Sequence record: MT129652.1
DNA from: Escherichia phage MN01
Reading direction: 5' to 3' (one strand)
DNA: 64,000 bases
Shown here: positions 7,522 to 15,653 of the stretch, in pieces
Layout of the letters: every line of letters begins with the position of its first letter
How positions within the stretch are numbered: the first letter of the stretch is position 1
The notes under the pieces: generated by a model
The model's input: only the letters and a program-made list of their open reading frames with translations
Databases searched by the model: none
Told to the model about the DNA's origin: nothing
Made by a program: the position numbers and the translations under genes

Positions 7522-8846
7522 TTAAATTTGAAGACTTGAACACAGGACAAAAAGAAGCTTTTGATTATATCACTGAAGCTATTCAGCGACGTTCAGGGGA
7601 ATGTATCACTCTGAATGGTCCAGCTGGCACAGGTAAGACCACTCTGACAAAATTTGTCATTGACCACTTAGTGCGTAATGGAGTTATGGGAATTGTGCTC
7701 GCTGCACCAACTCACCAGGCGAAAAAAGTTTTATCTAAATTGTCTGGTCAAACAGCGAATACAATCCATAGTATCTTGAAGATTAACCCGACCACATATG
7801 AAGACCAAAACGTTTTTGAACAGCGCGAAATGCCTGACATGTCAAAATGTAATGTTCTGGTTTGCGATGAAGCAAGTATGTATGACGGGTCTCTGTTTAA
7901 GATTATTCTTAACTCTGTTCCTGAATGGTGTACTATTCTTGGGATTGGTGATATGCACCAGCTGCAGCCGGTTGACCCAGGAAGTACACAACAAAAGATA
8001 AGTCCATTCTTTACGCATCCTAAGTTCAAACAGATTCATTTGACTGAGGTCATGCGAAGCAATGCTCCTATCATTGAAGTGGCGACAGAAATTCGCAATG
8101 GTGGTTGGTTCCGCGACTGTATGTATGAAGGTCATGGCGTGCAAGGTTTCACCTCACAAACTGCTTTAAAGGATTTCATGGTAAACTATTTCAGTATTGT
8201 AAAAGATGCTGATATGTTGATGGAAAACAGGATGTATGCATACACGAATAAATCAGTTGAAAAACTGAACAATATTATTCGTCGCAAGCTATATGAAACG
8301 GATAAAGCATTTTTACCGTATGAAGTCCTGGTTATGCAAGAGCCGCACATGAAAGAGCTGGAATTTGAAGGTAAGAAATTCAGCGAAACCATTTTTAATA
8401 ATGGTCAGTTGGTTCGCATCAAGGATTGCAAATACACTTCCACCATTCTCCGTTGTAAAGGCGAATCGCACCAGTTAGTGATTAATTACTGGGACCTGGA
8501 AGTTGAGTCAATTGATGAAGATGAAGAATATCAGGTTGACCGCATTAAAGTTTTACCAGAAGACCAGCAACCAAAATTCCAGGCATATCTGGCGAAAGTT
8601 GCTGACACATACAAACAGATGAAAGCCGCTGGTAAACGTCCAGAGTGGAAAGACTTCTGGAAAGCGCGCAGGACCTTTTTGAAAGTTCGTGCTCTTCCGG
8701 TCAGTACAATCCACAAGGCCCAGGGCGTTTCAGTGGACAAAGCATTCATCTATACTCCATGCATCCATATGGCCGAAGCTTCATTAGCGAGCCAGTTGGC
8801 TTATGTTGGAATCACACGAGCGAGGTACGACGCATATTATGTATAA
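7518..8846 (+). CDS. dda: Dda DNA helicase (SF1B)
   Basis: 442 aa; Walker A GPAGTGKTT, Walker B VLVCDEASM; length and position as in T4 Dda (439 aa). Confidence 0.9.
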   Translation: MIKFEDLNTGQKEAFDYITEAIQRRSGECITLNGPAGTGKTTLTKFVIDHLVRNGVMGIVLAAPTHQAKKVLSKLSGQTANTIHSILKINPTTYEDQNVFEQREMPDMSKCNVLVCDEASMYDGSLFKIILNSVPEWCTILGIGDMHQLQPVDPGSTQQKISPFFTHPKFKQIHLTEVMRSNAPIIEVATEIRNGGWFRDCMYEGHGVQGFTSQTALKDFMVNYFSIVKDADMLMENRMYAYTNKSVEKLNNIIRRKLYETDKAFLPYEVLVMQEPHMKELEFEGKKFSETIFNNGQLVRIKDCKYTSTILRCKGESHQLVINYWDLEVESIDEDEEYQVDRIKVLPEDQQPKFQAYLAKVADTYKQMKAAGKRPEWKDFWKARRTFLKVRALPVSTIHKAQGVSVDKAFIYTPCIHMAEASLASQLAYVGITRARYDAYYV

Positions 8847-9084
8847 AGTACATAAAGAAGATTTAGATAATCTTATCTATGGTATTCAGGACGCGGTTGA
8901 ATTTTTCGAAGATAATCCGACTATCGTCGTGCAGGGTAATTACGTTTTGCTGGAACTGAATCTTATTCGGAAACGTATGGCCGCGATTGAATATTTTAAC
9001 AATGAAGAGCCAGGGATTTTTATCTCCGACTATGTTGCTGGTGAAATTCAGAAATTAAAAGAGATGTGCGATGGTTGCTGGTGA
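8839..9084 (+). CDS. hypothetical protein (81 aa)
   Basis: Internal ATG overlapping the dda stop (ATGTATAA); C-terminus altered by the tandem duplication at 9034-9113. Confidence 0.4.
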   Translation: MYKVHKEDLDNLIYGIQDAVEFFEDNPTIVVQGNYVLLELNLIRKRMAAIEYFNNEEPGIFISDYVAGEIQKLKEMCDGCW

Positions 9085-9113
9085 AATTCAAAAATTAAAA
9101 GAGATGTGCGATG
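9034..9113 (+). repeat. perfect-but-one tandem duplication, 2 x 40 bp, spanning the dexA translation start
   Basis: gttgctggtgaaattca[g/a]aaattaaaagagatgtgcgatg occurs twice head-to-tail (9034-9073, 9074-9113). Confidence 0.85.
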
Positions 9114-9794
9114 ATTGATGCTATTATTGACTTTGAAACTCTGGGAAACGGCTCGAAGGGAGCCGTTATTGACCTGGCTCTGATTACATTCGAATCTGAC
9201 CCTGCTATTGTGGAATCATTCGAAACCCTGGTTAATCGCGGCAAACGTATTAAGTTCAGTCTCGAATACCAAAAAGGTAAGCGGTTGTTCGACACAACAA
9301 CCATGGGTTGGTGGAAAAAGCAATCAGCGGAAGCCCGTGTTAACTTGGCTCCTTCTGCACAAGATGTTGATACTCTGACCGGTATCCAACAAGCAATTGA
9401 TTATCTGAATGGTAATGGAATTAACAAATACGAAAGCCTTATGTGGTGTCGTGGAATGTCTTTTGACTTCCCGTTGTTTGTTGACCTTATCCGCGACCTG
9501 CAACGCAATGAGGGGATTCCTGAGCGCGAATTGAATACCTATGACCTGGAGCCGGTTGTATTCTGGAACCAGCGAGATATCAGGACAGCCATCGAAGCCC
9601 TATCACTCGTCCGTAAGATGTGTGAAACTCCATTACCGAAGGGGACTTTAGATGGATTTGTGGCGCATGATTCGGTGCATGACTGCGCGAAAGATATTTT
9701 GATGTTGAAGTATGCCCAGCGCTATGCTCTTGGTTTAGATGAAGTTCCTTCCGAAGAAGATGCAGACCCATTATCTTTACCGAAAAAACGATAA
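9111..9794 (+). CDS. dexA: exonuclease A (DexA), DEDD-type 3'-5' exonuclease
   Basis: 227 aa, identical in length to T4 DexA; N-terminal IIDFETLG matches the DEDD exo I motif. Confidence 0.85.
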   Translation: MIDAIIDFETLGNGSKGAVIDLALITFESDPAIVESFETLVNRGKRIKFSLEYQKGKRLFDTTTMGWWKKQSAEARVNLAPSAQDVDTLTGIQQAIDYLNGNGINKYESLMWCRGMSFDFPLFVDLIRDLQRNEGIPERELNTYDLEPVVFWNQRDIRTAIEALSLVRKMCETPLPKGTLDGFVAHDSVHDCAKDILMLKYAQRYALGLDEVPSEEDADPLSLPKKR

Positions 9795-9800
9795 AAAGTA

Positions 9801-9830
9801 GTGTACAAGGCCAATGGAAAGAGACATAAT
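9801..9830 (+). promoter_or_regulatory. early-type promoter (GTGTACA -35, CATAAT -10)
   Basis: Cassette family member; followed by stem-loop CATCAACTACTGATG and SD AGGA. Confidence 0.55.
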
Positions 9831-9861
9831 TATCTCATCAACTACTGATGAGGATAACAAA

Positions 9862-10119
9862 ATGATTACTTCTTTTGAAATTGGCCAACAATATGAAATG
9901 TCTGCTCTTCAAGCTGCTGAAGCAGGTCTGACTAAAGCGTTTGAATGTGCATTTACAAATATTCGTGGTAAAATCTTTACTGTCAATAAAATTGCGGTAT
10001 ATGATAAAGAAACAGACATGAACAAAGGCATCTACTTGAACGTGTCAAACGCAAAAGGTCGTCGTGAAATTATGGTTGTACAACCTAACCAACTGGCGAT
10101 GTTCAATAAGGTTGCATAA
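9862..10119 (+). CDS. hypothetical protein (85 aa)
   Basis: Internal ATG of track ORF 9814-10119 placed right after the leader stem-loop and SD. Confidence 0.4.
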   Translation: MITSFEIGQQYEMSALQAAEAGLTKAFECAFTNIRGKIFTVNKIAVYDKETDMNKGIYLNVSNAKGRREIMVVQPNQLAMFNKVA

Positions 10120-10874
10120 TGAAACCAGAATTTATTGACTTTGATGTTGTAAGCATGTATGTTCGCCCAATTAAACCATTAAAACTTGAGAAACAAAATA
10201 TGACTATTGAAATTAACAAAACTTATCAACTGATTGAACCTATTATTCAAAACGCAGCTATGGTTTCTGGGTATAATACTCTGACTGATGCTTTAGGCGA
10301 AGGTGAATTTATTGTTGAAACTTTTGTAAAAAGTAACTGGTTTGATAAAGCATATATTCTACATGCACGTCGCCTTGATACAAATGAAGTAGAAAAAATT
10401 ACGGTTTATGAAGCTGAGATTGAACTCTTCAAAGAAGTTGAAGAAACTCCTATCAAAGTTGGTAAAACCTATCAGCTTATTGAAGATGCTAGTCAGTTTG
10501 GAAAGACCGTTGCAATGCATGCTGGTTGGCGCGTACTGAAAGGTATTTTTGGATTTGCTCCATTTACCGTTAAAACAGTTAAGTACCACAATCACCAAAG
10601 CATCTTTGAATTTACTGCGGTCAATGAATCAGGTGACAATCTTGAAGCTATCCTTTATCCGCGTGAATCTGTACTGCTGGAAGAAGTTAGCGAACTGGGT
10701 GACCCTATTGACTTGCTGTGTAAACCAGTTCAAATCAAACGCCCATTTAACAGTTCCATTTGTGGTTGGGTAACAGACCAGTGGATTGAAGAGGGTGTTG
10801 AACTCCTGAACGTTGTTCATGCTGGTGAATTTACTGTTGTACCACGTTCCATGGTTGTTGAAATTTTTAATTAA
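10119..10874 (+). CDS. hypothetical protein (251 aa) with internal repeat
   Basis: ORF in track; internal repeat KTYQLIE(x2); C-terminus paralogous to ORF 10954-11514. Confidence 0.5.
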   Translation: MKPEFIDFDVVSMYVRPIKPLKLEKQNMTIEINKTYQLIEPIIQNAAMVSGYNTLTDALGEGEFIVETFVKSNWFDKAYILHARRLDTNEVEKITVYEAEIELFKEVEETPIKVGKTYQLIEDASQFGKTVAMHAGWRVLKGIFGFAPFTVKTVKYHNHQSIFEFTAVNESGDNLEAILYPRESVLLEEVSELGDPIDLLCKPVQIKRPFNSSICGWVTDQWIEEGVELLNVVHAGEFTVVPRSMVVEIFN

Positions 10875-10882
10875 ATTTAAAG

Positions 10883-10911
10883 TGTACAAACTCTTGGGGT
10901 CGGAGTATAAT
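10883..10911 (+). promoter_or_regulatory. early-type promoter (GTGTACA -35, TATAAT -10 inside GGGGTC/GACCCC inverted repeat)
   Basis: Cassette family member. Confidence 0.55.
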
Positions 10912-10953
10912 GACCCCACTGGAGAATAAACTTATTAACCAAGAGAGAAAATT

Positions 10954-11514
10954 ATGAAAGTTGAAGCTGGCGAAATCGTTCGCGTATCCAAAAAATCTCG
11001 TTCAAGAGCTGCTGGACGTTTTGTTGAGGTTGTCAGTATTCGTGCTGATATTTTTGTTGACCATCCTGATAATGAAGTAAAGGTGCGTATCATTCCCAAA
11101 AATGGTCAGACTGAAACTCAATTCGCTTATGTACGTGCTAAATTCCTGGAATCAACTGCTATCACTGCCACCAACCTCCCTGTGGTTGAAGAAGTTGAAT
11201 CCCATGATGGATATGTGTGCGAAAGCAATGATATTCGTGGCGTAATTGCTCAAGACGTTGAAACCATTGACCAGTCTCATGTTGGGGTTGATTTTAAATG
11301 GAAATTGGGCAAAGGTGTCTTTTTTGTTTCACCTAAACCGTTTGAATATGTTGACGAACCTTTTGGTACTTATGAAACCACTAGCATGTCTGGTTACATC
11401 ACAGACCAGTGGGTTGAAGAAGGCGTTAAGCTCTATAACATCGTGTTCCTTGGAACCTTTAAGGTGGTTCCTGAAAGCTTTATCGTTGAGTATGCTGATA
11501 TTCATCGTGCCTAA
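10954..11514 (+). CDS. hypothetical protein (186 aa), paralogue of 10119-10874
   Basis: Shared C-terminal block ITDQWVEEGVxLxNxVxxGxFxVVP. Confidence 0.5.
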   Translation: MKVEAGEIVRVSKKSRSRAAGRFVEVVSIRADIFVDHPDNEVKVRIIPKNGQTETQFAYVRAKFLESTAITATNLPVVEEVESHDGYVCESNDIRGVIAQDVETIDQSHVGVDFKWKLGKGVFFVSPKPFEYVDEPFGTYETTSMSGYITDQWVEEGVKLYNIVFLGTFKVVPESFIVEYADIHRA

Positions 11515-11562
11515 ATTATAAAAATGATAGGGTAATTTTGCCCTATCAATGAGGAGAATATT

Positions 11563-11787
11563 ATGTTTAATGAAGATTGTGTAACCACTTCCCTGACCGC
11601 TGAAGAGTTTTGGGATACTGCTGAAAGTGATAAAGTGATTGTGAAGAAAAACATCAATGAATTTCTTTGCACCACTGATATCATTTATGTGTATGCAGAC
11701 AAAGACGCAGAACTACCTAGCTATGCACTGTTCCGCGAAGAATCAGAAAATGGTACAGATTTTTGGAAGGAGATTTATAATGTCTAA
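11563..11787 (+). CDS. hypothetical protein (74 aa)
   Basis: ORF in track with GAGGAGA SD; overlaps next start. Confidence 0.35.
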   Translation: MFNEDCVTTSLTAEEFWDTAESDKVIVKKNINEFLCTTDIIYVYADKDAELPSYALFREESENGTDFWKEIYNV

Positions 11788-12151
11788 ATTTGAAACTGAT
11801 AAGTGGTATTATTTTAAAGATAATGTTGCTGAAAGCAGATTCCGTTTGTTATGCTCTGATAATGATAATATAGCCAATGCTATAATCAATGGCGAGGGAT
11901 TTAGACCAGTCAGAATTGAAGATGGTGATGTGTATAAAATGGAATTATCAACTGGTGAATTTGTGAGCCTATTCATAAAGGAAGATGAATTCCGTTTCTT
12001 TGAAGAAGAAAAAGATGACGATACTGAAGATGAATGCGAAGACGCAGCTCCATCTGAGCCAAGCGAATTCCCTTTGACTAAAATCACCATCTCTAATAAC
12101 TCCGAAGCCTGGACCGTTTACCAGATGTTGAAAGCACACTTTAAGGAATAA
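11780..12151 (+). CDS. hypothetical acidic protein (123 aa)
   Basis: Internal ATG of track ORF 11657-12151 preceded by GGAAGGAGA SD; Asp/Glu-rich segment. Confidence 0.4.
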   Translation: MSKFETDKWYYFKDNVAESRFRLLCSDNDNIANAIINGEGFRPVRIEDGDVYKMELSTGEFVSLFIKEDEFRFFEEEKDDDTEDECEDAAPSEPSEFPLTKITISNNSEAWTVYQMLKAHFKE

Positions 12152-12152
12152 C

Positions 12153-12329
12153 ATGCCACTTTATGATTACAAATGTCAATCTGATGACTGCGCGAAAGAA
12201 TACGAAAAAATCAAGAAAATCTCTGAAAGAGATAATGATGTTTGTCCTGATTGCCATCGGCTGGCTGTTCGGTTAGTCTCGGCTCCTAAACATGTTAATG
12301 GCGGTTTTTACGACCTGCTGACTAAGTGA
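12153..12329 (+). CDS. small zinc-ribbon protein (58 aa, CxxC...CxxC, FmdB-like)
   Basis: Self-translated; not in ORF track (<60 aa); YKC..C...CPDC pattern. Confidence 0.45.
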   Translation: MPLYDYKCQSDDCAKEYEKIKKISERDNDVCPDCHRLAVRLVSAPKHVNGGFYDLLTK

Positions 12330-12335
12330 GAAATT

Positions 12336-12596
12336 ATGAAATACATTAATCGTTCTATTGCCGCGCTGGTGCTGGCGGTTTCATTGGCTGGTTGTACTGA
12401 TGCAGATAACGCCATTCGTGTATTAGATGCAAACGGCTATGAGCAAATCCAAATCACCGGTTATAACTGGTTGGGTTGCTCTGAAGATGATTTTCAGCAT
12501 ACTGGTTTTACAGCCGTAGGCCCAACTGGTAAGAAAGTTAAAGGAACTGTTTGTTCTGGTTTGCTGTTTAAGAATTCAACCATCCGATTTGAATGA
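12336..12596 (+). CDS. small lipoprotein (86 aa)
   Basis: Signal peptide with lipobox LAGC. Confidence 0.5.
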   Translation: MKYINRSIAALVLAVSLAGCTDADNAIRVLDANGYEQIQITGYNWLGCSEDDFQHTGFTAVGPTGKKVKGTVCSGLLFKNSTIRFE

Positions 12597-12603
12597 GGCT
12601 ATT

Positions 12604-13008
12604 ATGTTTAAAATTGGAAAGAGTTATTGCATTAAAGATTTAGATGGCTTCCTTAAACATGTCGGTATGCCCGGTAGCATTTTGAACCAACAAGGAACCT
12701 CTATTATTGATTTGGTTACTACCAAAGAGTTTTCAGTCACTAAGATGGAAGCAAATGTTGTTACGGAATTTAGTACTATCGATGGAACTGGATTTTCTTT
12801 CCATAGTCGTAATGGAACCGGTCTTATTTTTGGTGATGAATTTAAATATTTTGAAGAAACCCCGATAAAGGAATGTGATTCTGAAATAACCGAACAGGAA
12901 TCAAAAGAGGATATCGTTGTTACCGGTGGCGATGTTATTATTACGGTTAAAACTGAAGTCGGACGCCTACAAGCTATTAAAATGTTAGAGCAGCTTCGAT
13001 TCAAATAA
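12604..13008 (+). CDS. hypothetical protein (134 aa)
   Basis: First ATG in frame after a GAGG SD; the track's upstream start is a TTG. Confidence 0.4.
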   Translation: MFKIGKSYCIKDLDGFLKHVGMPGSILNQQGTSIIDLVTTKEFSVTKMEANVVTEFSTIDGTGFSFHSRNGTGLIFGDEFKYFEETPIKECDSEITEQESKEDIVVTGGDVIITVKTEVGRLQAIKMLEQLRFK

Positions 13009-13029
13009 AAGGCCTTCGGGCCTTTTTGC
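13009..13029 (+). terminator. rho-independent terminator (GGCC-TTCG-GGCC + T-tract)
   Basis: UUCG tetraloop hairpin followed by TTTTT. Confidence 0.55.
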
Positions 13030-13073
13030 TTTAAAATATGTGACTTATAATACCTCCATACACAAGAGGAAAG

Positions 13074-14906
13074 ATGATGATTAATAATGAAATTAAAGTA
13101 CTCTCGGACGTTGAGCATATCAAAAAACGTTCCGGGATGTATATTGGTTCCAGTTCAAATGAAGCGCATGAGCGATTCTTGTTTGGTGAATATAAGTCCG
13201 TAAGCTATGTTCCTGGTATTGTAAAACTGATTGATGAAATTATCGATAACTCTGTTGATGAAGCAATTCGCACCAGTTTTAAATTTGCCAATAAAATTGA
13301 TGTCCAAATTAAAGATAATCAGATTTCGGTTTCCGATAATGGCCGTGGTATTCCACAGGCAATGGTTACAGACCAAAACGGTGAACAAATCCCTGGCCCT
13401 GTTGCAGCATGGACTATTCCAAAAGCTGGTGGTAACTTCGGCGATGATGCTGAACGTAAAACTGGCGGGATGAACGGCGTCGGGTCTTCTCTGACCAATA
13501 TTTTCTCTGTATTGTTTACCGGGATTACCGCTGATGGTGCAAATGAAATCACCGTTAACTGCTCCAATGGTATGGAAAACAAATGTTGGTCGACTAAGAA
13601 ATCAAAAGGTAAAGGTACGACTGTTATATTTATTCCAGACTTTAGTCACTTTGAAGAAAATAGTCTGTCCCAGATTTATCTGGATATTACATTGGACCGT
13701 CTGCAGACTCTTGCGGTTGTTTATCCGGATATTCAGTTTACCTTTAATGGTAAAAAGGTTGATGGTAATTTCAAAAAGTTTGCCAAGCAATTCGGAACCG
13801 AAGTTGTTATCCAGGAAACTGATACAGTATCGATGGCCTTTACGACTAGTCCGGATGGTTTCCGTCAGTTGACTTATGTCAACAACATTCATACAAAGAA
13901 TGGTGGGCACCACGTTGAATGTGTTATGGATGATATCTGTGAACATCTTCAACCAGCCATTAAACGCAAATATAAAGGCATTGAGGTGACCAAGGCACGA
14001 GTTAAAGAATGTCTCACCATGCTTATGTTCATCCGCGATATGAGCAACATGCGATTTGATTCCCAGACTAAGGAGCGATTGACTTCTCCGGCTGGTGAAA
14101 TTCGAAATCACATTAAGATTGATGCCAAGAAAATCGCGCAAGCTATTCTGAAAAATGAACCGCTGATTATGCCGATTGTTGAAGCTGCATTAGCCCGTAA
14201 ATTGGCAGCAGAGAAAGCAGCAGAGACAAAGGCGAATAAGAAAGCTTCGAAGGCCAAGGTGCAGAAACATATCAAGGCAAACGAATGGGGTAATGATAAA
14301 CTGGAAACGACTCTGTTCCTGACCGAAGGTGATTCCGCAACCGGTCCATTTATCAAGGTTCGCGACCGTGAATTGCAAGGTGCTTATCCGTTACGCGGTA
14401 AGTTCAAAAACACATGGGGTCTGAAAGCTGTTGACGTTATGAAGAACGCCGAAGCCTTTGATGTGTGTGCGATTACTGGTTTAACGATTGGACAACCGGC
14501 CGAGAATATGAATTACCGAAACATTGCTATCATGACAGATGCGGATGTGGATGGTGTCGGTAGTATCTATCCATCGTTATTGGCGTTTTTCAGTAACTGG
14601 CCAGAGTTGTTCCATGAAGGACGAATTCGCTTTGTGAAAACTCCTGTTATTATTGCGCAGCTCAAAGATAAACAAGAATGGTTCTATTCTCTTCCTGACT
14701 ATGAAGAAGCTAAGGATAAACTTCCGAAGCACACCATCCGATATATCAAGGGGCTTGGTTCTCTGGAAGATGCCGAGTACAAACGCGTATTGCTCGAACC
14801 GGTATTCGAAGTTGTTGAATTACCTGACAACTGGAAAGAACTGTTCGAAATGCTCTTCGGTAAAGATTCCCAGCAGCGTAAAGATTGGATGAATGCGACA
14901 CTATAA
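13074..14906 (+). CDS. 39: DNA topoisomerase II large (ATPase, GyrB-like) subunit; single ORF equivalent to T4 gp39 fused to gp60
   Basis: 610 aa; GHKL ATPase N-terminus; C-terminal 150 aa carry the gp60-type block IAIMTDAD.DG.GSIYPSLL.FFSNWPELF..GRIRFVKTPVIIAQ in one uninterrupted frame. Confidence 0.9.
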   Translation: MMINNEIKVLSDVEHIKKRSGMYIGSSSNEAHERFLFGEYKSVSYVPGIVKLIDEIIDNSVDEAIRTSFKFANKIDVQIKDNQISVSDNGRGIPQAMVTDQNGEQIPGPVAAWTIPKAGGNFGDDAERKTGGMNGVGSSLTNIFSVLFTGITADGANEITVNCSNGMENKCWSTKKSKGKGTTVIFIPDFSHFEENSLSQIYLDITLDRLQTLAVVYPDIQFTFNGKKVDGNFKKFAKQFGTEVVIQETDTVSMAFTTSPDGFRQLTYVNNIHTKNGGHHVECVMDDICEHLQPAIKRKYKGIEVTKARVKECLTMLMFIRDMSNMRFDSQTKERLTSPAGEIRNHIKIDAKKIAQAILKNEPLIMPIVEAALARKLAAEKAAETKANKKASKAKVQKHIKANEWGNDKLETTLFLTEGDSATGPFIKVRDRELQGAYPLRGKFKNTWGLKAVDVMKNAEAFDVCAITGLTIGQPAENMNYRNIAIMTDADVDGVGSIYPSLLAFFSNWPELFHEGRIRFVKTPVIIAQLKDKQEWFYSLPDYEEAKDKLPKHTIRYIKGLGSLEDAEYKRVLLEPVFEVVELPDNWKELFEMLFGKDSQQRKDWMNATL

Positions 14907-14911
14907 ATAGA

Positions 14912-14919
14912 TACGGGAG
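14912..14919 (+). promoter_or_regulatory. late promoter motif TATAAATA
   Basis: Exact motif followed by AGGAGA SD and a 50-aa ORF (14949-15101). Confidence 0.5.
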
Positions 14920-14948
14920 AATATTCTCCCGTCTTATAGGAGAAGTCC

Positions 14949-15101
14949 ATGAAAAAGTGGTGGGTTACGTTGTCAAATGGCGAATACGGTTATCTGTGGG
15001 CCGATACTAAACCTCTGTTTGCATCCTTTGTCACCATTATGTGCGAGACTTGGGATGGCGAATACTATACCGCATATGGGCAAGTCTATAAAGTTGAGTA
15101 G
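14949..15101 (+). CDS. small hypothetical protein (50 aa), Trp/Tyr-rich
   Basis: Self-translated; late promoter and SD upstream, terminator downstream. Confidence 0.35.
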   Translation: MKKWWVTLSNGEYGYLWADTKPLFASFVTIMCETWDGEYYTAYGQVYKVE

Positions 15102-15104
15102 CCA

Positions 15105-15130
15105 AAAGGACCTTCGGGTCCTTTTTTATT
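15105..15130 (+). terminator. rho-independent terminator (AGGACC-TTCG-GGTCCT + T-tract)
   Basis: UUCG tetraloop hairpin followed by TTTTTT. Confidence 0.6.
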
Positions 15131-15177
15131 ATGTACAAGCCACAAAAATTACGTTAAGATATCCTTGAGGTGAACAT

Positions 15178-15477
15178 ATGATTATGTCTGACGGAAGTTT
15201 AGTTAATCTGCAGAATGTTGCACGTTGTATTATGGAAGCTGGTCTGAGGAAGGTACAGGAGCTCCCAGATAGCGACAGGAAGCGAAGTTACTTGTTGGCT
15301 GTAAGAGCATCAGCCATGAGCATTAAGGCTGGCCAGAAGGTTCCTGAGGAGCGAATTGAAGCACTCCTTGCATTGATATACCATGGCCAAGAACATAAAG
15401 CTACCATGCGTAGTATGAGAAAAATATTGCAGGAGATTGGAAATGACAAACTTCAAAGTGAATATGGAACTGTTTGA
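15178..15477 (+). CDS. hypothetical protein (99 aa)
   Basis: ORF in track with GAGGTGAACAT-ATG context. Confidence 0.35.
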   Translation: MIMSDGSLVNLQNVARCIMEAGLRKVQELPDSDRKRSYLLAVRASAMSIKAGQKVPEERIEALLALIYHGQEHKATMRSMRKILQEIGNDKLQSEYGTV

Positions 15478-15646
15478 TAAGGCTATCCATAAAGAATACC
15501 GTGTTATCCAACGATTTTTTGATATAAGAGAAGCTGAAGAGTTTAAAGAACGCTTCAAAGAAATCCGTATTAAAATAGCTTCAGACACCGCAACAAAGGA
15601 TGAACTTCTTGAAGTTGCAGAATTAATCAAACGTAACATAAAGTGA
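15437..15646 (+). CDS. hypothetical protein (69 aa)
   Basis: ORF in track, overlapping the previous ORF in another frame. Confidence 0.3.
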   Translation: MEMTNFKVNMELFDKAIHKEYRVIQRFFDIREAEEFKERFKEIRIKIASDTATKDELLEVAELIKRNIK

Positions 15647-15653
15647 GAAAAAC

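Noticed and set aside
13602-14141. 179-aa minus-strand ORF inside the topoisomerase gene (similar antisense ORFs at 48762-49331 in nrdB, 50314-50922 in rnlA, 53861-54310 in pseT, 61342-61908 in the HAD gene, 12624-13118 and 178-591)
   Set aside because: All lie antisense to genes with strong homology-supported reading frames and lack ribosome-binding sites; treated as shadow ORFs.
14500-14560. Gene 60-type translational bypass (hop) element
   Set aside because: The gp60-equivalent region is read in a single uninterrupted frame within the 610-aa ORF; no stop plus hairpin take-off site is present.
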